IMG/VR virus record: IMGVR_UViG_3300015171_000002
Span: 44,529 to 108,528 of that record
Reading direction: 5' to 3' (one strand)
Origin: a virus
DNA: 64,000 nt
Position 1 is the first letter of the stretch; each line of letters begins with the position of its first letter. The position numbers and the translations under genes are program-made. This document shows, piece by piece, positions 17,299 to 28,739 of this stretch. The notes under the pieces were generated by a model. The model saw nothing but the letters and a program-made list of their open reading frames with translations. It did not search any database and was not told the DNA's origin.

Positions 17299-18840
17299 AT
17301 GACAAAATTTAATAAATTAAATGTATCTGAAAAAGTTGGAATTGGTAATAAAGTAACTGTAAATAAAGCCGGTGGGCCAGCAATTACACTTTCTGATCGA
17401 ATGGAATTAGCTACTCTTTTATTGACTTCTTTTGTAGATGATAAATATTACGAAACTGCATCAGAACAATTAAAACGATTAAGTTCTATTTTTGATCGAT
17501 TAAATAGTAATGGTGATGCTAAATTCGCAGCTAAAGCGGCTATTTATGCTAGACATACAATGGGAATGCGTTCTATTTCTCAAGCTCTTTCGGCTAATAT
17601 TGCTGCTAAAGTAAGTGGGCAGGACTGGACTCGTTCATTTTTTGAGAAATTTCCACGGCGAGTAGATGATATGACTGAATTAGTTAGTTTCTTTCAGTCT
17701 AATTTCTCAACTGGTAAGAATAAATCAGGATATCCAAGAGCATTACCAAATGCTATGAAATATGGATTACGAAATGCTTTTGGTAAATTCAATGAATATC
17801 AGCTTGCTAAGTATCGGGCCGAGGGTAAAGAAGTTAGTCTATTAGATTTAGTAAATATTCTACATCCAGTTCCAAATGATAATAATAAAATAGCTTTAAA
17901 TAAGTTAGTTAATGGAACTTTGACAAGTACTGAAACTTGGGAAAGTCAGATTTCAAATGCTGGACAAGTAGGAGAAAATAAGGAAGAAGTAGACGAATTA
18001 AAGGGACAAGCTTTCGATAACTTAATTAGAACTAAGAAAATTGGTTATTTTGCCCTATTAAAGAATTTACGAAATATTCTACAATTATCACCAGAAAGTA
18101 TTGATGCAGCAGTAGAAATGCTAACCGATAAGAAAATGATTGAAAAAAGTTTAGTATTTCCTTTTAGATTTTTAGATGCTTATGAAGCTATTCAAGCAGA
18201 AGCGGTTGGAGGACATAGTAATAAAAATGTTCAAAAGCTTTATGCTGGTATCAACAAGGCATTAGAATTATCATTTAGTAATGTGCCTGAATTCAACGGT
18301 ACTAATTTAATTGCTGTAGATAGTTCTGGTAGTATGAGTGGTAGACCTTTCCGAATTGCGGCACTTTTCGGAGTTATTCTACTAAAACAAAACCCGGATA
18401 GTGATTTCATGCTATTTGATGATGATGCCAGATATGTAAAGAATGTCAATCTAGGTGATACTACTCTAAGTCTTGTGGAAAGTTTATATAAGTCTCAAGG
18501 TGGTGGAACTAATCTAGCTGATGTTTTCGTAAAAGCAAATAAGAAATATGATCGAGTATTTATTTTTTCTGATTGTCAGTCATGGATGGTAGCCGATAAC
18601 TATTCTAATTATTATAAAGGTGCAGTAGGAACAGTAAAAAATACATTCGCGGCATATTCAAAGAAATATGGTAAGCCGAGAGTATATAGTATAGATTTAG
18701 CAGGTCATGGAAGTGCGGAATTTAGTTCTAATGATGTAAGTACTGTAGCTGGATTTTCTGACAAAACTATAACATTACTATCTAGGATGGAGCAGGATAG
18801 AAATGCTCTAGTAAATACTATCGAAGCTGTAGAACTATAA
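17299..18840 (+). CDS. rsr: Ro60/Rsr TROVE-vWA RNA-binding protein
   Basis: NKAGGPA...LLTSF...YYET; ARHTMGMRS; YQLAKYR; L.DLVNILHP; TWES; ALLKNLRNI; FPFRFL.AY; vWA DSSGSM, GGT and SDCQ. Confidence 0.93.
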   Translation: MTKFNKLNVSEKVGIGNKVTVNKAGGPAITLSDRMELATLLLTSFVDDKYYETASEQLKRLSSIFDRLNSNGDAKFAAKAAIYARHTMGMRSISQALSANIAAKVSGQDWTRSFFEKFPRRVDDMTELVSFFQSNFSTGKNKSGYPRALPNAMKYGLRNAFGKFNEYQLAKYRAEGKEVSLLDLVNILHPVPNDNNKIALNKLVNGTLTSTETWESQISNAGQVGENKEEVDELKGQAFDNLIRTKKIGYFALLKNLRNILQLSPESIDAAVEMLTDKKMIEKSLVFPFRFLDAYEAIQAEAVGGHSNKNVQKLYAGINKALELSFSNVPEFNGTNLIAVDSSGSMSGRPFRIAALFGVILLKQNPDSDFMLFDDDARYVKNVNLGDTTLSLVESLYKSQGGGTNLADVFVKANKKYDRVFIFSDCQSWMVADNYSNYYKGAVGTVKNTFAAYSKKYGKPRVYSIDLAGHGSAEFSSNDVSTVAGFSDKTITLLSRMEQDRNALVNTIEAVEL

Positions 18841-19722
18841 TAAAAATAGACCATAGAAATATGGTCTATTCCTATTAAAGAATAAAAAAAAATGTATAAT
18901 CCATACGATTTATTACCGAGTGAATTTGATAATGCTGTTTTTCCAGAATTATATAAAGATTATAATTATGGTGAATATGATTATAAAACATATAAAAAAG
19001 AAGTTAAAAAATTAGTAGATAAGAGAGAAAAAATGACAAATAAATTTAATGTAACCAATAGAACAGGCAACCAAATAGTAGTAAAATTAGATGATGGTAC
19101 AACAGTATCAGGAACAGTTGTACAAGTAACAAAAACATTAAAGGCATTGGGTTATGATGCTAATTTAGAAAAAACATATAAATCTAGTACAAATGGAACG
19201 GTTTTAATTAGTAGTATGCCGACTCCACATATTCGAAATGCTGTAGCAAAACAAATTCAGGTCTGGTTAGATGGACTAAAGAAACTAGATAATGCTGATT
19301 TTTATGAAGAAGTTTATAATAAATTAGATATGCCGTTTTGGGATAATGAATTTATAAATTTAGTAGAAGAATTACAAGATCGTGACGATTAGTTTTGGAA
19401 AATAATAAATTTGGGGTGCAAATTCAAGTAAATAGCGATGATTTATTTGATGAACGTAGAAAAGAATATATTCTCCGAAATTTGAGAGAACAAGCTGTAG
19501 AAAAATTAGCCGAGCAGATTACAGATGGAAATTTCTATATCATTAGATTAAAACAATCTATTTTACAAAATTATATGGATGTAATGCTTAGATATGAATG
19601 GGAAGTTAGTGCTGTTCAATCTAAAAAAATTACTATGTGGGAAACCCCTAAATATGGAGATATGCCTTTTCTAGTTTTATCAAGTAGCGCCATAGAAGAA
19701 ATAAAAAATAGGATAAAACAAC

Positions 19723-20169
19723 ATGGATATAGATTACGTCAAAAATTATCTAAGAAATTCTCTTGGATTAAAAATAGGAGTAATCGGCAGTAGGGATTTT
19801 AATGATACCGTTTTATTAAATAAATGGATAACTTCTTGTTTACATTATTATAATGTCTGGATGATAATTAGTGGGGGTAAGCGTTCTGATGGTCTTGGAG
19901 CAGATACTTTAGCAGAAATTTGGGCAGATGAACATAATTTCACTAAACTTATTTTTCCACCACGTTATGATTTATATCCTGGGAACGTAGCACCATTAAA
20001 ACGTAATACTCAAATAGCAAACGAATCTGATTTTTTATTAGCATTTTGGGATGGTAAGAGTAGGGGAACTAAGGATACAATAGATAAAGCCTGGAATATT
20101 AATAAAATAACATTTATTGTAGATTATAAAGATAAGGCATGGATTTATAATCCAGAAGATTATTTATGA
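19723..20169 (+). CDS. YspA/DUF2493-like SLOG protein
   Basis: IGSRDF, ISGG, GADTLA, APLKRN, AFWDGKSRGT motifs. Confidence 0.8.
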   Translation: MDIDYVKNYLRNSLGLKIGVIGSRDFNDTVLLNKWITSCLHYYNVWMIISGGKRSDGLGADTLAEIWADEHNFTKLIFPPRYDLYPGNVAPLKRNTQIANESDFLLAFWDGKSRGTKDTIDKAWNINKITFIVDYKDKAWIYNPEDYL

Positions 20170-20843
20170 CAGAAACTAATGAAGCAGTTATTCAAAAAAA
20201 GAAATATTATATTGGCGGCACAACGGTAGAAACAGATAAACCTTTCAGAGAGCGAAGTAAAGCAGATTTTTATCCCACTGAGCAAGCCCTTATAGACGCC
20301 TATATTCAAAAAGAAAGATGGCAGATTTTAGATTATGCCGCTAAATCTGAAGTTGTAGTAGCTGATTTAGGTGCTGGTGATGGTCGTTGGGGACTCTCTC
20401 TAAAAAAGAAATATCCAGATGTATATATTTTAGGTTTAGATATTAGAGATTTACCCGATCCTGGATTTGATTATTGGTATCCGAATAGAAACTTTTTAGA
20501 AACCATAAATCCTAAAACATGGGACGTTATTCTAGGAAACCCGCCTTATAATATCGCTATGGAATGGCTTAATAAATGTTTAGAAAAAATAAATAAACGA
20601 TATGGTGAAATTCATTTATTACTACCGTTATCTTTTTTATCAGGTGAAAAACGTTATAATGAATTTTATTCTAACAAAATAGTTCCAGATGTAACGATTT
20701 GTAGTACCAGACCATCATTTAGTGAAGATGGTAAAACTTATCCTAGTCGAGAATATGGCATGTTTAAATGGGAGTTTCGCGGAGGATTTTGTATTACCAG
20801 TGGTCAACTATCCTGGCTAAGTTATGAAAGAAATAAAAAATGA
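20166..20843 (+). CDS. DNA N6-adenine methyltransferase-like protein
   Basis: DFYPT, DLGAGDG motif I, GNPPY motif IV. Confidence 0.82.
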   Translation: MTETNEAVIQKKKYYIGGTTVETDKPFRERSKADFYPTEQALIDAYIQKERWQILDYAAKSEVVVADLGAGDGRWGLSLKKKYPDVYILGLDIRDLPDPGFDYWYPNRNFLETINPKTWDVILGNPPYNIAMEWLNKCLEKINKRYGEIHLLLPLSFLSGEKRYNEFYSNKIVPDVTICSTRPSFSEDGKTYPSREYGMFKWEFRGGFCITSGQLSWLSYERNKK

Positions 20844-21036
20844 AAGTTCATATTATTACTGATTTATATGGTGATTGGATCGCTTTATATAAAGACGGTA
20901 GTAAAGTAGCTGAAGGACATTCTTTAGATGAAAAACAAGTCCTAGACGCTTTAGGAATTGAATATACTGAATCTGAAATAAGTAATGATGAATATGATAC
21001 TGGAATTCATGAAGATTTCTTTCCGAAAGTTTTACC

Positions 21037-21210
21037 ATGAAAGAGTTTGAATATACCTGTGCTAACTGCCATACTCTTTCAACGTGGAAACATACTGTAA
21101 ATGTAAAAACAAAACGTTGTCCAAATTGTAAAAGAAAGAAACTTTCTAGGGTTTGGATAATTGCCGGAATACATTTTCATGGAGCCGGTTACACTAGAAA
21201 GTTAGGTTAG
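21037..21210 (+). CDS. Small FmdB-like zinc-ribbon protein (not in the ORF track)
   Basis: Translates as MKEFEYTCANCH...CPNC...IHFHGAGY. Confidence 0.6.
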   Translation: MKEFEYTCANCHTLSTWKHTVNVKTKRCPNCKRKKLSRVWIIAGIHFHGAGYTRKLG

Positions 21211-21211
21211 A

Positions 21212-21874
21212 ATTTTTAAGAATGAAAAAGAATTATTCGATATCTTTATTCCACGTGTAGAACAATTAGGATTTGATGTTTTTCCTGAGTACGAAAATTG
21301 GGATTTGGTTATTCGAAGAAATAAAATAATTATTGGAGTTGAAGGCAAACTCAAGAAAAATCTACATCTCCTGGCCCAATTGGTTCAGAAAGATGATGTT
21401 TTCTTCAAAATTGCTTTGTTACCATTCGAAAAGTTTACCAAACTCGAAGAGGACTGGATATTAATTTCTAAACGTCTAAAGATATTACCTGTTATGGTAA
21501 GACCCATAGATAAATATAATCCCACTGGTAATATTTATTTTCATTGGAATGTAAAGAATTTATTATATTATAGATGGCATCCAAGACATTTATTAAAGGT
21601 TCCAGATTTTAAATATACTACCCCTGCTGGTGTACCAAGTCCAAGAAAAGTATCAGAAAAAAATATAGCTTTTGTTAGATTGGAACAGATAGCATTAAAT
21701 AATGGTGGATTTATTACTATAAAAGATTGTCGTAGCTTAGGACTAGAACGTATTCCAAGATTTTTTTATATTTATAATCCTAAACTGAATAGATGGGAAC
21801 TAGATAAAGATAGATTAGCCAGTAAATTATATCCCCATATATATAAAGGAATTTTAGAAAATGCTAAAAAATGA
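21212..21874 (+). CDS. PD-(D/E)XK-like nuclease-fold protein, probable non-AUG start
   Basis: Open frame extends upstream of the TTG at 21305 to ATT at 21212; E...WD.V...VEGK pattern. Confidence 0.45.
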   Translation: MFKNEKELFDIFIPRVEQLGFDVFPEYENWDLVIRRNKIIIGVEGKLKKNLHLLAQLVQKDDVFFKIALLPFEKFTKLEEDWILISKRLKILPVMVRPIDKYNPTGNIYFHWNVKNLLYYRWHPRHLLKVPDFKYTTPAGVPSPRKVSEKNIAFVRLEQIALNNGGFITIKDCRSLGLERIPRFFYIYNPKLNRWELDKDRLASKLYPHIYKGILENAKK

Positions 21875-22077
21875 TTGTTTAATAACAAGTTTAACCAGTA
21901 AACATTACGATATTCAGATAGCATTATCCAAAGTAAATATTCTATTTAATGATATTATGAATAAATATAAATATGTGAATGTGGTTGGTCACAATATTCT
22001 TCTAAATAATAATGGTGAATATGAAGTTGCTTTAACCTTTGTTTATGATTCTATGGAAAAATATGAGGATATAGCAG

Positions 22078-22659
22078 ATTAGTAACGGCAAGATTCACGA
22101 TGAGTTATCTAAAGATTTAGAGATACCAGTCACTATTATTAGTACACTGGTAGCTTATTCTATTTCTCATCAAATTATTTATTCTGGAATTGTTGGAATA
22201 TTAGTTCTTATAGGAATAACATGTCAACGTTTTATGACACCAGATTTAGATGTAATCGAAAAAAAAGAATATCGTTATGGTTATTATCCCTTTTATGTGA
22301 TTTATAAATCTTTCGGACACTGGCCTTATATTATTTCTAGATATTATTGGTGGCCCTATGCTAGAGTTACTAAACATAGGTCTATATTTTCTCATGGTCT
22401 AATTATAGGTACACTGGTTAGAATGTTTTATTTTTTTCTGCCATTTATCGCAGTTGGGTTATATTTTGCGATAAATACAGGCACTAATGCCCAAAATTGG
22501 GCTGTTGTAGCCTTTTTACTGCCTTACTTGGTATATTTTACGTTAGGCTGGCTAATTGCTGATTTTGGACACCTTTTATTAGACTACATTTTTCCTTTTA
22601 GAAGATGGTATGAAAATCTACTTGGCCCATCATATCAGTACCATCATAATAAATTATAA
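22078..22659 (+). CDS. DUF2227-like membrane metal-binding protein, probable AUU start
   Basis: In-frame SNGKIHD...TPDLD...YWWPY...HRS..SHG..IGT; GAGGA SD before ATT at 22078. Confidence 0.7.
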   Translation: MSNGKIHDELSKDLEIPVTIISTLVAYSISHQIIYSGIVGILVLIGITCQRFMTPDLDVIEKKEYRYGYYPFYVIYKSFGHWPYIISRYYWWPYARVTKHRSIFSHGLIIGTLVRMFYFFLPFIAVGLYFAINTGTNAQNWAVVAFLLPYLVYFTLGWLIADFGHLLLDYIFPFRRWYENLLGPSYQYHHNKL

Positions 22660-22669
22660 GAAAATACAA

Positions 22670-23122
22670 ATGTCAAACTTTGATAAAAATAGATTTGCAA
22701 GCAATAAACAAGAATATGTTACACCAGATAAACTATTTAAAGTATTAGATAATGAATTTCATTTTACCTTTGATTTATGTGCGGATAACAATAATGCGAA
22801 AGTAAATCGTTTCTATACAATAGATGATAATGCGTTAGAACGGCCCTGGAATGGTATTTGTTGGATGAATCCACCATATAAAGATATGAAAAAATGGATT
22901 ATTAAAGCATATGAACAAACAAGAAAAGAAAATATAGTAGTATGTCTTATTCCAGCTAGAACGAATACTAATTGGTGGCACGAATATTGTATGAAAGGTG
23001 AAATTCGTTTTATAAAAGGTAGACCTAAATTTGAAGGTTGTATTCATGGTTTACCACAACCATTAGCTATAGTTATTTTTGGAATAAATTATCATAATAA
23101 TTATAAATCTGTAAATTTTTAA
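22670..23122 (+). CDS. Phage Dam-family DNA N6-adenine methyltransferase
   Basis: EYVTP, FDLCA, WMNPPY, LIPART.T.WW and IRFIKGR motifs. Confidence 0.9.
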   Translation: MSNFDKNRFASNKQEYVTPDKLFKVLDNEFHFTFDLCADNNNAKVNRFYTIDDNALERPWNGICWMNPPYKDMKKWIIKAYEQTRKENIVVCLIPARTNTNWWHEYCMKGEIRFIKGRPKFEGCIHGLPQPLAIVIFGINYHNNYKSVNF

Positions 23123-23171
23123 CCATGACTAGAGTACTACTTGACAAATTTTAGTTTTCATGGCATAATAA

Positions 23172-23300
23172 TAAAAGTGGACGATAAATAACCGATTAGC
23201 TATCACAATTGCTAGTAGGATGCAGAGACAATAGTTGAGAAATCAACCGTCTAAACTCCTGAAACTGCTTATCGTGGGCTGACGAGCCTTACCACTTTTA
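23172..23300 (+). ncRNA. Promoter-driven multi-branched small RNA of unknown family
   Basis: Follows TTGACA-17-CATAAT; ends pair (TAAAAGTGG/CCACTTTTA); internal helices; T-rich tail. Confidence 0.55.
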
Positions 23301-24447
23301 TTTTTTTATTATTAGGATAAATTATATGAAAATTACAATGACGCAAGAAGATATTAATGAAACTTTAGCCTGTTTTAGAAATGGTGAACGGCGTGGGCCT
23401 TGTCCTATTGAAAGAGCCTTTAAGCGTAATGGAATTGATGCTGTAGTCGGTACAAGTATTATGCATATTAATGGTGATTTTAAAGATAAATATGGTTTTA
23501 AAGTTCATTTTAAACAAATGATGACACCCAAAGAATTTGATAATTTTCCTTACGAATTTGACCGTAATCCAAAATTTAGACGGAACTGTAAACCATTTAG
23601 TTTTCAATTTGAAATGCCAGAATAATGTATATATATTGTCGGTATTGTGGCGCTAAAAATAATAATGATACCCTGTATTGTCGGGGTTGTTCAGCACCTT
23701 TTCATGACGAATATAATCAGCCACAAAAAGAATATATACCAGAACTATATAATGATTATGGTATAACAGGTTCATATTCTTTTTATGGTATGGGAGCTTA
23801 TCTACCATCGGGAAGTGCTATTTATACTCCGGATATGTTACATGAAACTATTCGTTTAGGAATTATTGAGCCAGATGAAGCCAGAGAAATGTTAGAAATT
23901 CCACAATATCAAAGTCCAGAACGTACCAGAATAGAAGATTTACCAGATATAAAGTTATTGGATAAAATAAAGAATAGAATAATGGATTGGCGCAAATAAA
24001 GGAGAAATAAAATGAAAAACGCAGATATCAAGAAAATGCTAAAAAATGATGTGCTTTGGGCTGCAAAGAATGGTCATAAGATTCAAATGAATACTTTTGG
24101 AACTACAATAGATTGTGAAACCGGTTTGGTTGATAAATATGTACAAGTTTCTGCTAAATGTGGAGTTTGTGCTATCGGTTCTAATTTAATTAGAAATCAG
24201 ACAAAAGCATTATCGGGAATGGAATCTAATGATTTTAGTAGAGTAATTAGACGTTCAGAATGTTTTACATCCGGTCTGGTTAGTGGTACTGATCCAGAAT
24301 ATTCTAAATCTGAAGCTTTAGATGAAGCCGGGTGGTTTGATAATAGTTCACAAAAGAAAGCATTTATGGATGGTTTTAATACTGGCCGAGAAGTTTTAGA
24401 TTGGGTCAGGGAACAAAAGAAATCTGGTAAGATAAAATAAGAAATAT

Positions 24448-24518
24448 TCCCTTGTCGTTTAATAGTAGGACAAATGGCTGTTAACCATAGAATATTGGTG
24501 CGAATCCAGTTGAGGGAG
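24448..24518 (+). tRNA. tRNA-Asn(GUU)
   Basis: ATGG-CTGTTAA-CCAT; G73. Confidence 0.85.
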
Positions 24519-25682
24519 CCTCATGAATACAAAATGGATTGAATATAAATTAGAATTAAAGAAATTAAGACAATATAATGTTTTATTAAAAGAACTACCC
24601 ACATTTGAATATTTTGTTGTTCAAATCTTACTTCTAATTGCAAATATGGTTTTCGATATTTATTATAAAGATATAAAATGATAGAAATATTTACGCACAA
24701 TTTAGACAAAATCGAAGGAGATGGTAGAGAATTACCTACTTATCAGCGTCATTGGTTTAGATTGGCTATTCTAGCACTTAGAGTTTTTATTTATTTTGTT
24801 GAGCGATATAACAATGAAAATAAAACAGAAACGTAATTGGTGTCTTTATAGTAATATAAGATTGCCAAGTGATTATAAACCTAAGTATTATCGTTGCCAA
24901 TGTGGTAAAAGAATGAAGGTTCTTCCTTTTCTGGATTGGCCCGATGCTTACACCGCTTATGATAGATTTACTGGTAAACCTTATTTGAAAACTGATACAC
25001 TTTGGAAATATATTGCACCACATAAAACTAAGGTAAAATATAAAAATGAAAATTAAATATCCCGATATCACGGTAAAACTAATTGGAAATGATGAAAATG
25101 CATTTGCAGTTATGGGGGCTGTCAAAAAGGCACTTCGAAATAATAATATTGCTAAAACAGAAATAGATAAATTTCTAGCCGATGCTATGAGTTCTGATTA
25201 TAATAATCTATTAAGAACTTGTATGGAATGGGTAAATGTAGAATAATGGACGATAAATTTGATTTTAGTTGTGAATGTGATAATACGGAATGTCAAGAAA
25301 AAGTATTATTATTCTTCGATGAATTTAGAGAAATAGCGGATAGACGACCAAGAGTTTATTTCCGTTCTGATAAATGTTCCTGTACAGATGGAGAAGTAAT
25401 AGAAATTAGGAATGGCTATAAATTAATATTCTATAAGGATGAAGAATGAAACCTAGAATTCATGTTATTTATGGACAAGGTGAATTAGATATTACTTGTT
25501 CTTATAGTATTAGTGGGCCACAGGTTTTAGAAGAACAACCAGAATATATTAAAAAGCTATTTGAAAGAGAAAATATAAATAGAGTTAGTATAGAATATTC
25601 TACTGATATTCCAGATTTAAAAGGTTTTACTATTTATACTAAAATGAAAGATTTAAACTAGATCGGAGAGTACATAAATTAT

Positions 25683-26057
25683 ATGGCGCATCCTTTCCAT
25701 CATTCAATTAGTTCTGTAAAAAAATGGGGTGGGGTATGGCAGGATTATATTAAAATTCATTCCTGGTTTGACCAGACTAAAGGTTTAATGGCTGATGCAA
25801 GACATAGGGCTATTTTACATTCCAGTTTTGGAATTATGCTTTGTGAACAAGTTTTTGGAACAGTCCTTACTAGAGAATCGGATAATAAAATATTGCCGGT
25901 ACGTTGGATTGGAGAACAACACGTTATTGAAGATTTAGGTAAAATTCCAAGTGTTGAAAAATGGTTTGAGAAAATGCCCGTAGAAGATTGGATGTATAAA
26001 CGTAGTCGTAAATTATCAGAAGAATTAGAGATTCCACAGGAGCTAAAAAATGTATAG
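25683..26057 (+). CDS. DUF6915-like conserved phage protein
   Basis: HPFHHS.SS.KKWGG...IHSWFD...HRAILHSSFGI...EQHVIEDLG. Confidence 0.65.
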   Translation: MAHPFHHSISSVKKWGGVWQDYIKIHSWFDQTKGLMADARHRAILHSSFGIMLCEQVFGTVLTRESDNKILPVRWIGEQHVIEDLGKIPSVEKWFEKMPVEDWMYKRSRKLSEELEIPQELKNV

Positions 26058-26396
26058 AGAATTAAATCCAAATGAATTATCTAAAGTCGCACAACAGTTA
26101 AATGAAATGGCAATTTGGTATGCTTATAAAGCTTTTGCAGATAAATATTTTCCACTTGCGGTTTCATTAAGTGTTGAAATTGAAGGTGAAAGTGATGATG
26201 AAGGTGGAACAGATTATCGTATTACTGGAATTTATGGAACAGATAAAGACGGTGATTCAATTAGTTTATCCGATGAAGTACTTAGGAATTATGATAAAGA
26301 TAAATACAATTTACCAACTGACCATTATGAGCCGAGTGAAATTAATCTATTAAATAAACCGGGTGGCAAGTTTCATATTGTAGTAGAAGATAATTA

Positions 26397-26927
26397 ATGA
26401 TTATTATTGTTGATATAGAAAGTGATGGGCCTTGTCCTGGTATTTATTCCATGATACAATATGGAGCAGTTTGTATCTATAATAATCAAATTATGGGTAA
26501 AGTGAGCCGTTCACTGAAAGCTATTACTGATAATTTTGTTCCCGAAGCTTTAAATGCTATTGGTGTCAGCCGAGAACAAACATTGAATTTTGGTAATGTA
26601 AATATAGCTATACAGGATTTGGAAGAATTCGTTGTAAGACATATGCAAAATTCTAAAAGTAAGGCTAAATTTTATAGTGATAATAATGGTTTTGACTGGC
26701 AATTTATAAATTATTATTTTCATAAATTTGGTAGTGGGAGTGGTAATCCATTTGGATTTAGTTCAAATAATATCAGTAATTTCTATGGTGGTTTGAATAA
26801 AAAACTTGTCGATTATGATTGGAAAAAATATAGAATTACATCCCACAGCCATGATGCTCTTTCCGATGCTTTGGGAAATGCCGAAGCTTTATTAACTATT
26901 TGTAAACAATACGGAATAAAACTATGA
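26397..26927 (+). CDS. DEDDh 3'-5' exonuclease-like protein
   Basis: VDIESDG, GFDWQF and H.ALSDA motifs. Confidence 0.8.
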   Translation: MIIIVDIESDGPCPGIYSMIQYGAVCIYNNQIMGKVSRSLKAITDNFVPEALNAIGVSREQTLNFGNVNIAIQDLEEFVVRHMQNSKSKAKFYSDNNGFDWQFINYYFHKFGSGSGNPFGFSSNNISNFYGGLNKKLVDYDWKKYRITSHSHDALSDALGNAEALLTICKQYGIKL

Positions 26928-28034
26928 GAAAACTAATCAATCTTTCATTGGGAACGAAATGAAAAAAATTAAAATTGTTGTCAACGATGGTTTGACCAGT
27001 TTTGGATTAAATGAAGCCGCTTATAAACAAATGGGACTTGATTTCGAAAAAGAAGTTATCTGGCCCGTTCAAAGATTATTTCCAGATTATACAGGTTTAT
27101 ATGCGGGAATGGCTTATAAAAATGATAGAAGTAATCCTAAACTTGTTAGTTGTGTTGAAACTCTGGGGCCGGAGGGTTGTGGTATTCCTGGCACTTATTT
27201 TATTATTGTTCAGATTCCAGCTAAATCTAAATGGGAAATTATTCCTAGAATAATGGGGGGCGAGGATTTGATCGTTTCAAGTAAATAAGCTCGGTAGATT
27301 ATTTATTATTCATATTTATAAAAAGGAATACGGGATAGGTAATAATAAATATTATGAATTATTCTGAGTGTATGATTGAACTAATAAAGACTTGTCCACT
27401 AAAAGAATATCCAGATAATAAAATAAATTGGTCACTGGCTGAAATCAATAGAGATTATATTCTGTCCTGTTGGGATAGTGAACTGCTAACAATGGCTAAC
27501 ATAGCACTTTTTGAAACTGAATTAAATACTGATTATATGCTCATCGTTGGTTCCAGATATGGCACAATGAACGTTTTAGATAATACTAGATTGGTGCAGG
27601 TACGTTCTTATTATCTTTGGACTGGACTAATGTTTGGGCCATCTACACAAAAGAAAAGACAATTCAGTTTTGAAATAAGTGCTGTTGCCAATAAAAAAGG
27701 TATTAGTTTTCAGAATAGCATAGATAAAAGAACACATCGTGGCGAAACTGGAATTATTTTTTCAAAACTGAGTCAGGTTTTGAATTCTTTCTATTCCAGA
27801 CCAGAAATAGAAAAACTTGAGTCTGAGTCCTGATTTAGATAATATAACCAAAACTGGATATACTTTTATTATGTAAAATACCCTAAAAATTTCGGTTAGA
27901 ATCGCGTTGGGAAACGGTTAGAAAAACTGGAAATATTATTCGCTTTCGTGAAATTAGTCACAACCCGGTCAGGTCGGAAAATTCAAACCATTTTCTAACT
28001 TGACAATTTTTTTATTTTGTGGGATACTTTCGAA

Positions 28035-28418
28035 ATGGAAATTAATTTGTTGCGCCCATTTGAAATCTGTAGAAAACTCTCTTATCTTAGTGAATTCGAT
28101 AAGAGATTCAAAATGTCAGCAATTATAATGCGGCGTGGTCATATTATCGGAATGGGAATAAATAAACTAAAAACTCAGGGAGCTAAATATCCTAATCTTT
28201 TTAGTTGTCATGCCGAATTGTCAGCTATTATAAATTCTAAACCATATAAAAATGATTTGAACGGAACAGAAATATTTATTTATCGGGAAACGGCTGATTT
28301 TGTTCCTGCTATGGCTAAACCCTGTAATACTTGTTTTGGGGCAATTCTGGAAGCTGAAATAAAAACTATTTGGTATTCTATAAATATTTGGCCTTATTAC
28401 GATAGAATGGAAATCTAA
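28035..28418 (+). CDS. Zn-dependent cytidine/dCMP-deaminase-fold protein
   Basis: HAE and KPCNTC motifs. Confidence 0.8.
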   Translation: MEINLLRPFEICRKLSYLSEFDKRFKMSAIIMRRGHIIGMGINKLKTQGAKYPNLFSCHAELSAIINSKPYKNDLNGTEIFIYRETADFVPAMAKPCNTCFGAILEAEIKTIWYSINIWPYYDRMEI

Positions 28419-28739
28419 AATGGAATATATATATAAAGTTGGAGATAAAGTTTATTTCGAAGCAGATAACGGAGTGAATGATTCTTTCTATATTGATACC
28501 ATAGATTATATTACTCCAAAAGGAAAAATTCGTCTGGTAAAGAATAACCAGAGTCTATTTTCAAATGATGGTTGGGAAATTAAAAACAGTTATCATCGGA
28601 GTAGATTTGTGCTTCTAACACCAGAATTAGCTATTCGATATAATAATTGGTATCGTCGGAGTAAGGTAACGAGAACTGATTTTACTAAATTATCAGATGA
28701 AATTATTCAAGAAATTTATAATATTCTAAAGAGGAAAGA

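Noticed and set aside
23255-23290. Hammerhead ribozyme (GAAAC and CTGACGA are both present)
   Set aside because: The required stems I-III and the cleavage triplet cannot be formed in the right order.
27964-27981. SRP RNA-like sequence CCGGTCAGGTCGGAAA
   Set aside because: Lacks the GGAAGCAGC partner strand and the long helix; it lies within a promoter cassette.
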